Origin: Octopus vulgaris
Lineage: Eukaryota
Direction: 5' to 3'
Length of the DNA: 64,000 nt
Assembly: GCA_951406725.2 (NCBI GenBank)
Contig: OX597815.1
Location: 162,936,001-163,000,000, forward strand
Of the stretch, positions 1-12,470 are shown in pieces. The stretch's first letter is position 1, and every line of letters starts with the position of its first letter. A model generated the notes under the pieces. That model was not told the origin of the DNA, ran no database searches, and saw nothing but the letters and a program-made list of their open reading frames with translations. Position numbers and translations under genes: made by a program.

Positions 1-114
1 ACACCTGCACCTATGAACCTGTGAGATTAGGTATACTCATAGGAGAGGGTTGCAGGGGGTGAGCCTGTATGCAAGGGCAACCACTTTTTTAAACTCAGCT
101 TGACATGTTCTGTA

Positions 115-168
<54 letters not shown>

Positions 169-170
<2 letters not shown>

Positions 171-3043
171 GTTTGACTTTTGCTTTATATTTGTACAAGT
201 TGGCTCCAAGTCTCACCCAGAGACCTCAAGAGACAACAGGTTGGAAGTTCATGTTGTTGTTATGCCTAGTGTGCCATATATTTGGGGGTGGGGTTGGTGT
301 TGTACTAATGAATGTCTAAAAAAAATTTTTTTTTTTTTTTTTAAACCGAAAATTATGTTTGTTTTAAACCTTGAGATTACATAGAAAGTATTTTGCGTAG
401 GATATGAGCAGTTCCCATGAGCACTATCTTTTGAATTTCTGCCATTTTTGGGTTTCCTGGTATCTGAGTTAGGTAGCTATCAGCCCCTTTTGCTATCATT
501 CCCAGGGCACCTATGTCAACAGGTATTGTTTTAGTCTTCAGGTTCCACATTTTGCTGATTTCTATTTCAAGATCTTTATATTTGCTCAGTTTTTGGTAGG
601 TCTTGACAGATACGTTTATATCGATTGGGACAGTCATATCAATGAGGAGGCATGTTCTTTGTTTGAAGTCTTTCAATATGATGTCTGGCCTATTTGCATC
701 TATCTTTCTGTCAGTTTGAATGGTGAAGTTCCAGAGGAGTGAGATGTGGTCATTTTCAAGCACTGGGGTGGTTTGTGTTCCCACCAGTTTTTTTCATGGG
801 GCAAATCCAGGTTTTTGCAGATTACCTAGTGAATATATTGTGCAGCTCTATCGTGCCTGTTGAGATACTCTGTAGGCACTAGAAGACTGCACTTGGAGAC
901 CACATGATCAATGGTTTCATTTTGTTGCTTGCATACACGACACGTTGGACTGCTTCTGATCTTTAATATGTTGGCCTGGTAGTTTCTTGTTGGTAGGCAT
1001 TGATCTTGAGCTGCTATGATAAACCCCTCTGTTTCAGATTTTAAGCCAGAGGTCATTAGCCATTGATGAGTCAGGGCTTTGTCAACATCTGCATTATTTG
1101 CTCTCTTTGGGTATTTGCCATAGAGAGGTTTTTCTTGCCATTTATCATTCAGAATATCTAAGGCCGCAGATTTAGCACGGGTTTTCATGCGCTTAGCTTT
1201 TTCTGTGCCTGTTTCTTGTATGTCTATCTCTAATTCCGAAATTTGTTGTATTCAGAATTCACTTAGATATTCCTTTGCCTGTTTTGTTACTGAGTATGAT
1301 GCTTTCTTGTTTTCATGTTTTGAGACAAGTTTTAACATCCAGTCCTCAGAGTTTTTCAGGTAGGTGTCTAGGCCAATTGTAGCAATCTTCATTGTTATTG
1401 CCAGTTGTAAAAGTCCACGGCCTCTCTCTTTTCTTGGCAGATAAAGTCGTTCTGTATCTGCCTTAGGGTGGTGCATTCTATGCATTGTCAACAGTTTTCG
1501 TATTTTTCGGTTAAGATTACATATTTCAGTAATTGACCAGTTAATGATATTGAAACTGTAAGTCACGACTGGTATGGCTAATGCATTGATCGCTTCGATC
1601 CTGTTTCTCGCATTCAGCTCTGTCTTGAGTATTGCTCTTACTCTGCAATAACATTCTCTCCTGATCCTTTCCTTCATCTCTGAATGCCTTATTCCTTCTC
1701 CTTCAATTACTCCTAGATACTTGTAGTTCTCTGCTGGGTCTAATTCTTTTATGACATTCTGCTGGTCAAGGTTAACGTTAGATGTTTCTGTCATTTTTCC
1801 TTTGATAAAGGTAGCTTTTGCACACTTATCGAGGCCAAATTGCATTCTGATGTCATCACTGAATTGTTTGACAATCGCTAGTAAGCCCTTGAGTTGTTGG
1901 TCATTTTTTGCAAAGAGCTTTAAATCATCCATGTAAATGAGATGATTTATATTTTTATCAAACATTTTATATCCGTACTATGCGTCATTGAGCAGTTTTG
2001 AGAGAGGTATTAAGGCTAAACAGAAGAGGAGCGGTGATAGTGAGTCACCCTGGAAAATGCCACATGAAATTTTTACATCACCAGCATTTAGAGATTCATC
2101 GTCACTGTTCAAAGTTAGTGTGGTTCTCCATGATCTCATACTTACAGACAAAAAGTTTCGCAGAGCAGGTGCTATCTTATACATTTCTAGGCATTTATTA
2201 ATCCAGCTATGTGGTAGGCTATCAAAAGCCTTTTATAGTCTATCCAGGCTATTGATAAGTTTTTGTGTCGTTTGTGACAATCTTCTAAGATCATCTTATT
2301 GATGAGTAGTTTATCTTTACAACCATAGGATCCACGTTTACATCCTTTCTGTTCATTAGGGAATATGCTGCTGTCTGTCAAAAAACTATAGGTATATTCC
2401 GTCAGGACAGATGTTAGTGTTTTATACATAGTTGTTAAGCAGGTTATGGGTCTATAGTTTTTTGGTTCATTTGTTTCTTCACTTTTTGGAAGCAGGAATG
2501 TTAACCCATTAACTAGCCAAGGAGGCATCCTACTAGGGTGTTGCAAAATATCATTGTAAAGTTCTGTTAGCAGTTCATGGCTCTCTGGGAAGGCATTCAA
2601 CCAAAAGTTAGGGATTTTATCCTTTCCTGGAGACTTCCATTTGCTTGACCTCCTGAGAGCAGATCTTATATCTTCTACCTTGACACCCTCCCACTTTTGC
2701 TCTTCTAAGGAGTCCAGTTCTTTAGATATTCTATCAATCCAGGGGCCTTTTCGCTGTGTGTTTTTTCTTCTGCCCAAATTTTATTCCAAAATCCCTGCAC
2801 TTCTTCTTTTGATGGTACAGACTTTACAGTAACTGTTGTTTTTCCTATCTTCCTGTAAAAATTTTGGGGTTATTTTTTAAGATGTTGTTGTCCCTGAAGA
2901 ATCTAATACGCTTTTCATACCTCGCTATGCGGGCAGCTTTAGCAGATACCTTTTGCTTGATGGTTTCTATGGTGGCATCAATATCAAGTATAGTTTTCAT
3001 ACTATATTTTTTCATTAGTTTTTGGGTTTTTGTAGGTTTGGTA
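169..3043 (-). mobile_element. 5'-truncated, frameshifted non-LTR retrotransposon with RT, CCHC knuckle and restriction-like endonuclease (R4/Dong-like)
   Basis: Consecutive minus-strand ORF pieces: YRPITCL and EQKGCKRGSYGCKDKLLIN (2187-2777); GIFQGDSLSPLLF (1978-2184); HLIYMDDLKLF and YKYLG (1252-1965); CRVC..H..C and RHD (826-1188); RPDIIL..LIDMTVP RLE (377-784). About 200 nt of 3' UTR follows. (TAT)n flanks both ends (116-168, 3044-3088). Confidence 0.92.
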
Positions 3044-3089
<46 letters not shown>

Positions 3090-4068
3090 GTTTTTTTTTG
3101 CAAAGACTTTCCAACCTTGAGAGTCTCATGTATATTCTACAGCATGCTGCAACACATGCAAAATCTATACTGAAATAGTTGTAATTAAATGTTATTAGCA
3201 CAATTACATGTAACATGCAGCTTATCCCAGGGCACAGTACTGAGTCTTCTATTCAATGCCACAACTTACCATGACAAGTTTTAATACATTTGCCTCTTCA
3301 GATGATCATCTAGCTTGAATTTGCCTCACAACTCAGTCTGAAACAAGGCATTCTAAATAGATCTGTCATAGATAAGATAATGTATGACAGTCTAAGTAGA
3401 TCAATTGAAGTTTATTTATATATAATTCCTAATAGATCATCATCATCACCCCCACCATCATCATCATTAATATTTAAAGTCCACTTTTCCATGCTCGCAT
3501 GGGTCAAACAGAATTTGTTGAAGCAGATTTTGATTTTTAATCTGTGTCTGGATGCCCTTCAGTCACTAATTCTCACCTATTTCCAAGCAAGATATTATTT
3601 TCTTAAAGCTAGACATGTTTATCAAAAAAGACTGGAAAGAAACAACCTTACTTGTGTGACAATGATGATGATGATATGGTTTATATCCATCATGTGATGT
3701 CTAGACAAGGGTATACGCATACACATGCATACACAATATATATGCATACATGTATATATATATATATATTTTATATTTTATATATAAAGCATATGTTATA
3801 CATCTATGTATATTATTGTAATTGTCAGTTTAGTAAAATAAATAAGTTAAAATGTCTAAAAGTTGATGAATCCCCTATTGATCCCCTCCATTTTCTTAAT
3901 GTTATATATATATATATTTCGTTTGGGGAATTTGGTTTGCAAGATTCTTTATGTGAGTTTGTGTGTTGAAGTATATTATGTTGTCTGGGGAGAGTCATTT
4001 TCTTTTTGTGCCTTATAATTTAACTCATTCACTGGTAAAATTTCCACTTATCCCTTATTTTTATTTTC

Positions 4069-4107
4069 CTAAAATTTTCGTTGCATCTTGCAACCTTTTC
4101 AATAGTC
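4069..4107 (-). ncRNA. minimal type I hammerhead ribozyme motif, U3-A8 variant
   Basis: Minus strand: cta TTGAAAA G GTTGCA aga TGCAAC GAAA AT T T tag. 6-bp stem II, palindromic AAATTT stem III, 3-bp stem I. Lies in a ~190-bp repeat (3917-4108) with a partial second copy at ~53998-54113. Confidence 0.55.
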
Positions 4108-4194
4108 TTATATGTATGTATATGTAACTATTTGTACTATATACATATATATATAGACTACATATAAATACATATATAGTCTATATATGTATGT

Positions 4195-4669
4195 CACCTT
4201 GACCGTGACCGACCAGGCTATCAGATGTTGCTACACATCGCTGGTCACAATACGCTTTGCATTGTTTTAGCCTTCAATTGATGCCACCCCGCTGGCTAAG
4301 CGAGCAGGCCAACAGAAGAAAGAGTGAGAGAAAGTTGTGGCAAAAGGGTACAGCAGAGGACGCCACCACCTCCTGCCGGAGCTTCGTGGAGCTTTTAGGT
4401 GTTTTTGCTCAATAAACACACTCAACGCCCGATCTGGGAATCAAAACCGCAATCCTACGACCACGAGTCCGCTGCCCTAACCACTGGGCCATTGCACCTC
4501 CACTTGCGAAAGAATACAGCAGGGATCGCCACTACCCCTTGCCGGAGCCTCGTGGAGCTTTTAGGTGTTTTCGCTCAATAAACACTCACAACGCCCGGTC
4601 TAGGAATCGAAACCGCGATCCTACGACTGCGAGTCCACTACCCTAACCATTGGGCCATTGCGCCTCCAC
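4195..4669 (-). mobile_element. two adjacent tRNA-derived SINE copies (family C)
   Basis: Minus-strand heads GTGGAGG(C/T)GCAATGGCCCA(G/A)TGGTTAGGG..GGTTT(C/T)GATTCC with A/B-box-like motifs. Other copies at ~7400-7705(-) and ~41862-42166(+). Confidence 0.8.
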
Positions 4670-4875
4670 ATATATGTATGTATATGTAACTATTTGGACT
4701 TTGGGTATATATCTATTAGTATGTTGATTAAAGCATATTCACCGTTCAAGCTACCAGATGTCATCCACTATTGCAATATAATTTTCACTGGATCTACAAC
4801 AGGAAATCCGCAGTGTTTGTTGAGTTTATAATTGATGAAGGAAACGGAAGATGGATTTAGTACGAATCTTTATTC

Positions 4876-4982
4876 AGTATGAAGATCGTTTTGACCCATC
4901 CTGTGACTGTTCCTTGGGAATAGGATATTGTGTGTCTAGTTGTGTTGCATCAGTCAGTGCAGGCTGTGTCACTTCAGATGCT
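4876..4982 (-). ncRNA. degenerate type I hammerhead motif (left arm)
   Basis: agcat CTGAAGT GACACAGCCTG..CAGGATGGGTC AAAA CGATCT TC atact. The GAAA-to-AAAA change fits CpG decay. Confidence 0.55.
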
Positions 4983-5091
4983 CGGTGTAAAGAGAAGATA
5001 TCCCACTGTCAGTGTACCCAAGTACAACGAGTGAGAACAATATGCCCAAGGAGAACTCTGTACATCTTGTAGGATCTCATTTTTTACACCA

Positions 5092-5202
5092 AGCACCTGA
5101 AGTGACACAACCTGCACTGATTGGTTGATGCAACAGGACTAGATGCACAATATCCTATCCATAAACGACAGCTACAGGGTGGGTTGAAACAATCATTGTG
5201 CT
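5092..5202 (+). ncRNA. type I hammerhead motif with long stem II (right arm)
   Basis: agcac CTGAAGT GACACAACCTG..CAGGGTGGGTT GAAA CAATCA T T gtgct. 5-bp stem I; stem III reads as a CpG-decayed ACGATCGT palindrome. Confidence 0.65.
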
Positions 5203-5230
5203 AAATCTGTCTTCCATTTCCCTCATCAGT

Positions 5231-5276
<46 letters not shown>

Positions 5277-6419
5277 TGTGTGTACATATATATGCCAAAG
5301 AACCTCCTAAAGCTAGACACCAATATCTAGCCATTATTTAAGCTTAATTAAATTACCTATGAATACAAGCCAACCAATATAAATGTAAGTGATCCCCACA
5401 AACTATCCGCAAACATTATTACAGTTATGTATTTGTTTTAAAGGATTCCTCATGTGAAATCGTGTGTTGAAATAGGTATTATTAGGATTCTAATTTTTTT
5501 TTCTTTTTTGCTTGCCAAGTAACCACATGCCCTTTCCACTTTACAATTATGAAGGACAACTCAAGATAATGAGACTAAGATATAAGAATTTCACAATCAA
5601 GCATAAACAAGTGTACATGCCCATCATCAGCTGCTATATGATGGGCTCTTTACAGTTTTCATCTTCCAAATCCACTCACATGGTTTTAGTTGGCTCAAGG
5701 CTAGAATTGAAGACACTCGCTCAAGGTGGGATTGAGCCCAGGTCCACATGAATGGGAACAAGATTCTTAACCACACAGCCATACCTGCTTAGGGTATATC
5801 ATTAATCTCTTAGTGTAACAAATTCTCATTTCAATTATACAAGTGAAGGGCCATTCATACGAAAATAAACATCTAGTTTTATAATTCGGTTCCTATGTTG
5901 TTTTTGCATTTGTTTTTCTATATTCTCCTAATTCTATTTCTGACCTTGACTTGCGAGTGACCTGTTTTCTTTCTTGCTTTGTAACATTGAGCTTTACTTA
6001 AGTAAAGTGCATCATAAATGGAGAAACTGACCAAAAGCCTTTTATTTTGGCTCTGATTTAAGAATAGAAAGATTGTAGTGATTTAAGAAAATAAATGTTC
6101 TGGAATGAGAAATTCTGTGCATAAAATGGGAAGTACTTAAAACAGAACATTCTTACATAATATTAAATCAATTCTTTGCTGAGAATAGAACCTCTTTGAA
6201 AATCATGTATTAAATATTTGCTATAGAATAAAATATTTTTGTTTTACAGTGGCGTAATGACCGCTTCTCTTAAAATGAAAGTTCTTTGCAATAGCATTAA
6301 ATAATTTCTTTCCTTTGTTTTGATGTTACTTTCGTTTTTATCCAAAATCTCTTCATGCATATATGTATGTGTTCAAACCCGTATGTGTGTGTATGTATAT
6401 ACATACATACATATATATA

Positions 6420-6455
<36 letters not shown>

Positions 6456-7313
6456 TGTATATGTATGTATGTATGTATGTATGTATATATTTATGTATAT
6501 ATATATTATATATGTATGCACAAGGATGTTTTCTATAAACCTCCTCATACATACACATGCAAACACATATGTGTTTGCATGTGTATATGTCCTTGTACAT
6601 ATACATACATGTACATACAAACACATATTTGCACCCCCCCCCACACACACACACAAATACACACATTAATGCAGTTTGTGGAAGAAGACAGATTTTATGA
6701 CCAATAATGGTTTTGGAACAGATCATCTTTACAAATATTACAAATTATTTTTGTCCAAGAATAGAATATTGCCTGCAAATTGATATAATTTTTTTTTAAA
6801 AATATTTTATAGAAATATTTTAACACGACATGTAATTAATTCTTAGGAAAGTTTAATAAAATATCTCAACAAAGAATAGTCAGTTGGTTGTTACTTAAAA
6901 ATATATGCTTTCCTTTCAAAAATTTTTGAAATCCAAATGTTGTTTGACTTACATTGTTTCCATGTTGCTTAAACTTAATTATCAGGTTGAAAATAATGCA
7001 AGCGTTTTTGTTTTTTTTTCCGTAACACAGTTAAAGAACAGTTGATTCTAAAACCATCATAGTGTTCTGTTAAAGATTGGTACTAATAATTAGTTAGAAT
7101 AATTCATGTATGAACTATAATTTGAAGTTTAAAAATACAAAAAAAAAAAAAGGAAGATGACAAAATCTAGATGAGGTTTGTAGCTTTGGAATTTATTGAT
7201 GCAGTGTAGCTAGTGGTTTGTACAGAATATAAGCAACAATGAACTGTTGCAACATCAGTGAAGGAAAAGCAAAGAAATTATAACTGTAAACTATTATTGT
7301 AATAATAATAATG

Positions 7314-7358
<45 letters not shown>

Positions 7359-7705
7359 GTAATAATAATGATAATAATATTAATAATAATAATAATAATT
7401 CTTTCACCCTTTTCAAGCCTAGCCAGGCTCGTGGGCCCGGTTTCTCGGTTTCTGTGGAGTATGTGTTCCCCCCAGCTGGACAGGACACCAGTCCATTGCA
7501 GCATTACCTAAGAAACAGGAAGAAAGAGTGAGAGAAAGTTGGGGCAAAAGAGTACAACAGGGGGTCACTGCCACCCCTTGCTGGAGCCTCGTGGAGCTTT
7601 AGGTATTTTCGCTCAATAAACACACACAACGCCCAGTCTGGGAATTGAAACCATGATCCTCTGACCACGAGTCCGCTGCCCTAACCACTGGGCCATTGCA
7701 CCTCC

Positions 7706-7817
<112 letters not shown>

Positions 7818-8365
7818 GATGCAGTACCAGGTAGTGGCTCTCATGGCTTCTGATCTTAACTGATTGGAAGTGTTATCATGTACATTGTTTTGTCTTGGTA
7901 TAAAAGATGGGCTACAGCAAATATTCTGCTCAATACCACAGATTTGCTTGTCAGTTGTTTGACCTTAACCAGTTGAGCATGTCCCTTAGTGGCTGACGAT
8001 ATGTGCATCTCTGATCACGAGCAGAAGTAGTGGGGGAGCATCATAGCCATGTGTTGAGAGGGATTCTTTAGGGTTTGAATAGTTCACCTCTGGAAACATG
8101 GGTGGTTCTTTCAACATCCTTAAACAACCCTTATTCAGGGACCGTTGAGCAGGATGGGCTACTCAAAATGAAGAAAATTCTAACTGGCCCCCACCTGCAA
8201 GGTCATGTGCTGTTTATCTTGATATGAGATCACTATGTCGCGCACATATGGTTGTGATGCATGTGCCTGGTGTACCTTTATCAGACGGGTAGTCATGATG
8301 GGTATATTGGGCTTCGTATATTTTACCCCAGTGTCACTTTGATGGCATGAACTGCTCTCTCACTC
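7818..8365 (+). mobile_element. ~550-bp non-coding interspersed element in (TAA)n, copy 1
   Basis: Highly similar to 9975-10531 along its whole length; (TAA)n on both sides; no ORF. Strand is inferred. Confidence 0.75.
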
Positions 8366-8369
8366 AATG

Positions 8370-8428
<59 letters not shown>

Positions 8429-8431
<3 letters not shown>

Positions 8432-9124
8432 CCTTTCTACTATAGGTACAATGCCTGGAACGTGTGGAGATGGGAATAAGTGATTTCATTGATCCAGTAC
8501 GCAACTGGTACTTAATTTATCAACCTTGAAAGGATAAAAGGCAAAGTCAACCTTGACAGAATTTGAACTTACAATGTAGGGGCAGACAAAATACCGCTAA
8601 GCATTTTGTCCAGCAGGCTAAATATTGCCAGCTTGCACCTTAATGATAAAATGGTTTCAAATTTTGCCACAAGGATAGCCATTTGTGGGGGGGGGATGTG
8701 TCAGTTACATTGACCCCAGTTCAATTGGTACTTAACTTATCAACCTCGAAAGGATGAAAAGCAAAGTTGACCTCAATGGAATTTGAACTCAGAAGGTAGC
8801 AGCAGGTGAAATATCGCTAAGCATTTCACCCAGTGTGCTAACGATTCTGCCAACTCATCACCTTAATAGTAATTATAATGATAATAATAATCCTTCCTAC
8901 TACAGACATAAGGCCTGAAATTTGGCAGGAGGGGACTAGTCGATAATATCAACCCCAGTGTTTCACTTGTACTTAATTTTATTGATCCCAAAACGGTGAA
9001 AGGCAAAGTCAACCTCGGTGGAATTTGAACTGAGAATGTAGCGGCAGACAAAATACCACTAAGCATTTCATCTGGCATGCTAACGATTCTGCCAGCTCGC
9101 CGCCTTAATAATATTGATAATAAA

Positions 9125-9180
<56 letters not shown>

Positions 9181-9545
9181 TGATAATCATAATCATAATG
9201 TTTTCAAATTTTGGCGTAGGGGGATGAAATGAATACGTTGACCCCAGTACTCAACTGGTACTTATTTTATTGACCCAGAAAGGTTGAAAGGCAAAGTCGA
9301 TCACAGTGGAATTTAGACTTAGAACATAGAGACGGATGAAAGACTGCTAAGCATTTTGTCTGGCATATTAACGATTCTGCCAGCTCATTTCCTTAATAGT
9401 AATAATAATAATCCTTTCTACTATAGGCACATGACCTGAAATTTTGTGGGGAGGGGGCCAGTAGATCAGATTGACCCCAGTACACAACTGGTACTTAATT
9501 GAACTCAGAAGATAAGGACAGATGAAATGCTGCTAAGTACTTTGG
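8429..9545 (-). mobile_element. cluster of five same-orientation tRNA-derived SINEs (family B) separated by (TAA)n
   Basis: Repeated GGCGAGCTGGCAGAATCGTTAGC..GAGTTCAAATTCC..AAGTACCAGTTG..CTGGGGTC units on the minus strand. More copies at ~35570-35780, 42281-42491, 42960-43165, 47470-47700, 48776-48995, 51845-51995, 53716-53932, 54325-54540 and 60186-60420. Confidence 0.8.
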
Positions 9546-9974
9546 CATTATTTTCATTTATTCTTTTATTTGTTTCAGTCATTTGACTGGCCATGCTGAA
9601 GCACCACCTTTAGTCGAACAAATCAACCCCAGGACTTATTCTATCAGTCTCTTTTGCCAAACCGCTAAGTTATGTGTACGTAAACTCACCAGCATTGGTT
9701 GTCAAGCGTTGGTGGGGGTGCAGACATGCGCGCACACACACACACATATGACGGGCTATTTTCAGTTTCCAACTACCAAATCCACTCACGAGGTTTTGGT
9801 CAGCCTGAGGCTATAGTAAAAGATACTTGCCCAAGGTACCATGCAGTGAGACTGAACTCGGAACCATGTGGTTCGTAAGCAAGCTACTTACCACACAACC
9901 ACTCCTGCGCATATTAACGATTCTGCCAGCTTCCCTCCTTAATAATAATAATAAAAACAATAATAATAATAATA

Positions 9975-10531
9975 AATGCCCTGATGCAGTACCAAGCAGC
10001 AGCTCTCATGGCTTCTGATCTTAACTGACTGGAAGTGTTATCATGTACATTGTTTTGTCTTGGTATAAAAGATGGGCTACAGCAAATATTCTGCTCAATA
10101 CCACAGATTTGCTTGTCAGTTGTTTGACCGTAACCAGTTGAGCATGTCCCTTAGTGGCTGACGATATGTGCATCTCTGATCACGAGCAAAAGTAGTGGGG
10201 GAGCATCATAGCCATGTATTGAGAGAGATTCTTTGGTGTTTGAATAATTCACCTCTGGAAACACGGGTGTTTCATTCAACATCCTTAAACAACCCTTAAT
10301 CAGGGACCTTTTGAGTGGGATGGGTTACCCGACCAGAAGAAAATTCTAACTGGGCCCCACCCGCAAGGTCATGCGCTATTTATCTTGTTATGAGATCACC
10401 ATGTTGCGCACATATGGTTGTGATGCATGTGCCTGGTGTACCCTTATCAGACAGGTAGTCATGATGGGTATACTGGGCTTCGTATATTTTACCCCAGTGT
10501 CACTTTGATGGCATGCACTGCTCTCTCACTC
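9975..10531 (+). mobile_element. ~550-bp non-coding interspersed element in (TAA)n, copy 2
   Basis: Matches 7818-8365 and has the same right end (CTCTCTCACTC) before (TAA)n. Confidence 0.75.
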
Positions 10532-11419
10532 GATAATAATAATAATAATAAGTAATGGATTTGTCAGTCTGTCACTAACGTTCACTCATACGTAAATGCA
10601 CACACAAACACACCTACGTATGCATAAACATGTGTGCCGGACAAACAAAAATAGTTGTCTTCATTGACCTCAGCATATTATTTATCCTAGAAGTATTTTA
10701 TCTGTTGACAGTTATCAATCTTTTCTTTTGTTTTATCTCTCTCTCTCTTGCTCTCTCTCTCTCTCTGTATGTGTATATATATTGTGTGTGTGTGACAGTG
10801 AAGTAAGAAATTTGCTTATCAATCACATGGTTTTAGGGTCCATCCCACTGCATGATGACTTGGGAAAGTGTCTTCTACTACAGCCCTGGGTAACCAGTGC
10901 CTTGTGAAGGGATTTGATAGATAGAGACTGATGAAAGTACATGTCCATCTTGTATGTATGTTTATATATATATATCATCATCATCATCACCATCATCATT
11001 TAGAATTCGTTGTCCATGCTGGCTGGACGATTTGACCAGAGCTGGCAAGCTGGGGAGCTCCCCCAGACTCCAGTCTGATTTGGCATGGTTTCTATGGCTG
11101 GATACCCTTCCTAATGCCAACCACTTTACGGAGTATGCTGGTTGCTTTCACATGGCACTGCACGAGCACTTTTACTGATATATGGACAGATGAACAGATG
11201 GACACACACACACACATTCAATCACAGTTTGCCGTCATTCCACATTACTTTAATTTTCAGGGATGTAGCACACCTTCCAATCTTCAAAGTTAGATTCTAA
11301 CTCTGAGCATCCATTGAAGGGATACGTTGTATGCTTTCAAATCTTTAAACTATGAGAAGCTGCATCAAATTGTTATTAAATACATACAACTCTACCTACA
11401 TGTGTTAAATGCCTATCTG

Positions 11420-11520
<101 letters not shown>

Positions 11521-11565
11521 TATATATATTGAATAAAAAATAAGCAACAAGGATATCCAGAGGTA

Positions 11566-11653
11566 ATGCAGTATGATTGTTTCATGCAACTCCATTTAAC
11601 TGAACAGTGCAATCATTACATCAATTTAAATGCAGAGCAATCCTCAGCTGCAC
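11566..11653 (-). ncRNA. type I hammerhead ribozyme motif
   Basis: gtgcag CTGAGGA T TGC..CATTTAA..TTAAATG..GCA T GAAA CAATCA T A ctgcat. 6-bp stem I, canonical core, stem III as a decayed ACGATCGT. The element ends in (TA)n at ~11530. Confidence 0.7.
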
Positions 11654-12164
11654 GAAGGCATAGAATTTAATTAAATTAAACCAGATCCACACATTAGTAT
11701 AATTTTGCCTGAAATCTCCAAGAAGTTAAAGAGATAGACAAAGAACATGTTGCCTTTACTTCCACTTAGAAGCTACTAAAAAATCAGGAAGAAAGACTTG
11801 TTATAGATTTTGCTTGTCACTTAGCTTTTATATAATAATACTGGTATATTCACTACTTAAAATAAACTGCTTTGATTATAATTAAGTTAATTCATAGTTA
11901 GCATGTTCTTTTACCTCAGTACTTCTTTATTAAATACCAGTATATACCAATTGATCAATATTCACTGATACCATCTGATAAGTTAGTATTTAAGTTTATA
12001 ATATGCTCAGATGGTGCTTTTTACATTCCACCAGCATGGGTGCCAGTCAGGCAGCATTGGGATTGGCCATACTTGAATGAATGATAATAATAATAATAAT
12101 GCTAATAATGATAATGATGATGATGATAATAATAATGATGATGATGACGAGGATAATGATGATG

Positions 12165-12226
<62 letters not shown>

Positions 12227-12232
<6 letters not shown>

Positions 12233-12470
12233 GCTGAAATGAAGACCAAATGAAAGAAATGTTTTCATGAATAAGTACTGTGGAGTATAAATAAGCTTAA
12301 AATGGACTAAGCAGAACAAGAAGAGACACATGTGATAGAGAGTCACTGATGAGGTCACAGGATGTGTGATGAAAGAGCTTAGACAAAGACACTAAAATAA
12401 TAAAGCTGGAGTGAAGACCAAGTGAAAGAAATGTTTTCATGAATAAGTACCATGGAGTAGACATAAGCTC
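12227..12470 (+). repeat. 1.4 tandem copies of a 172-bp unit containing a hammerhead
   Basis: AATAAAGCTG..AATAAGTAC..ATAAGCT occurs at 12227 and again at 12399. Confidence 0.75.
12342..12384 (+). ncRNA. type I hammerhead motif
   Basis: gtca CTGATGA G GTCACA ggatg TGTGAT GAAA GAGCT T A gac. Canonical core and 6-bp stem II; stem I is short and offset by one nucleotide. Confidence 0.65.

Larger units (their letters stand above)
4830..5231. repeat. ~170-bp-arm inverted repeat; each arm carries a hammerhead motif (inverted Penelope pLTR-like)
   Basis: 4830-5003 is the diverged reverse complement of 5070-5231. Confidence 0.85.

Noticed and set aside
3190-3310. Minus-strand CTGAAGA GGCAAATGT as a possible hammerhead 5' half
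   Set aside because: No matching GAAA, stem III or stem I downstream.
4580-4669. tRNA gene
   Set aside because: It is the tRNA-derived head of a multi-copy SINE and continues into the SINE body.
4109-4700. 30-bp direct repeat around the SINE C pair as a TSD
   Set aside because: It is low complexity, and the left copy is separated from the SINE end by ~55 bp, so the call is ambiguous.
6297-6726. Many ORFs rich in YI/HT/CV/poly-I/poly-Y (also at 13-14 kb, 27.8 kb, 40.4 kb and 49.8 kb)
   Set aside because: They are stop-free translations of (TA)n, (TG)n, (TATG)n and (TAA)n microsatellites.
8255-8330. Possible permuted hammerhead or HDV-like fold in the 550-bp element (GAAG..ATC..CTGATAA)
   Set aside because: The core deviates at several positions and stem III cannot be formed by hand.
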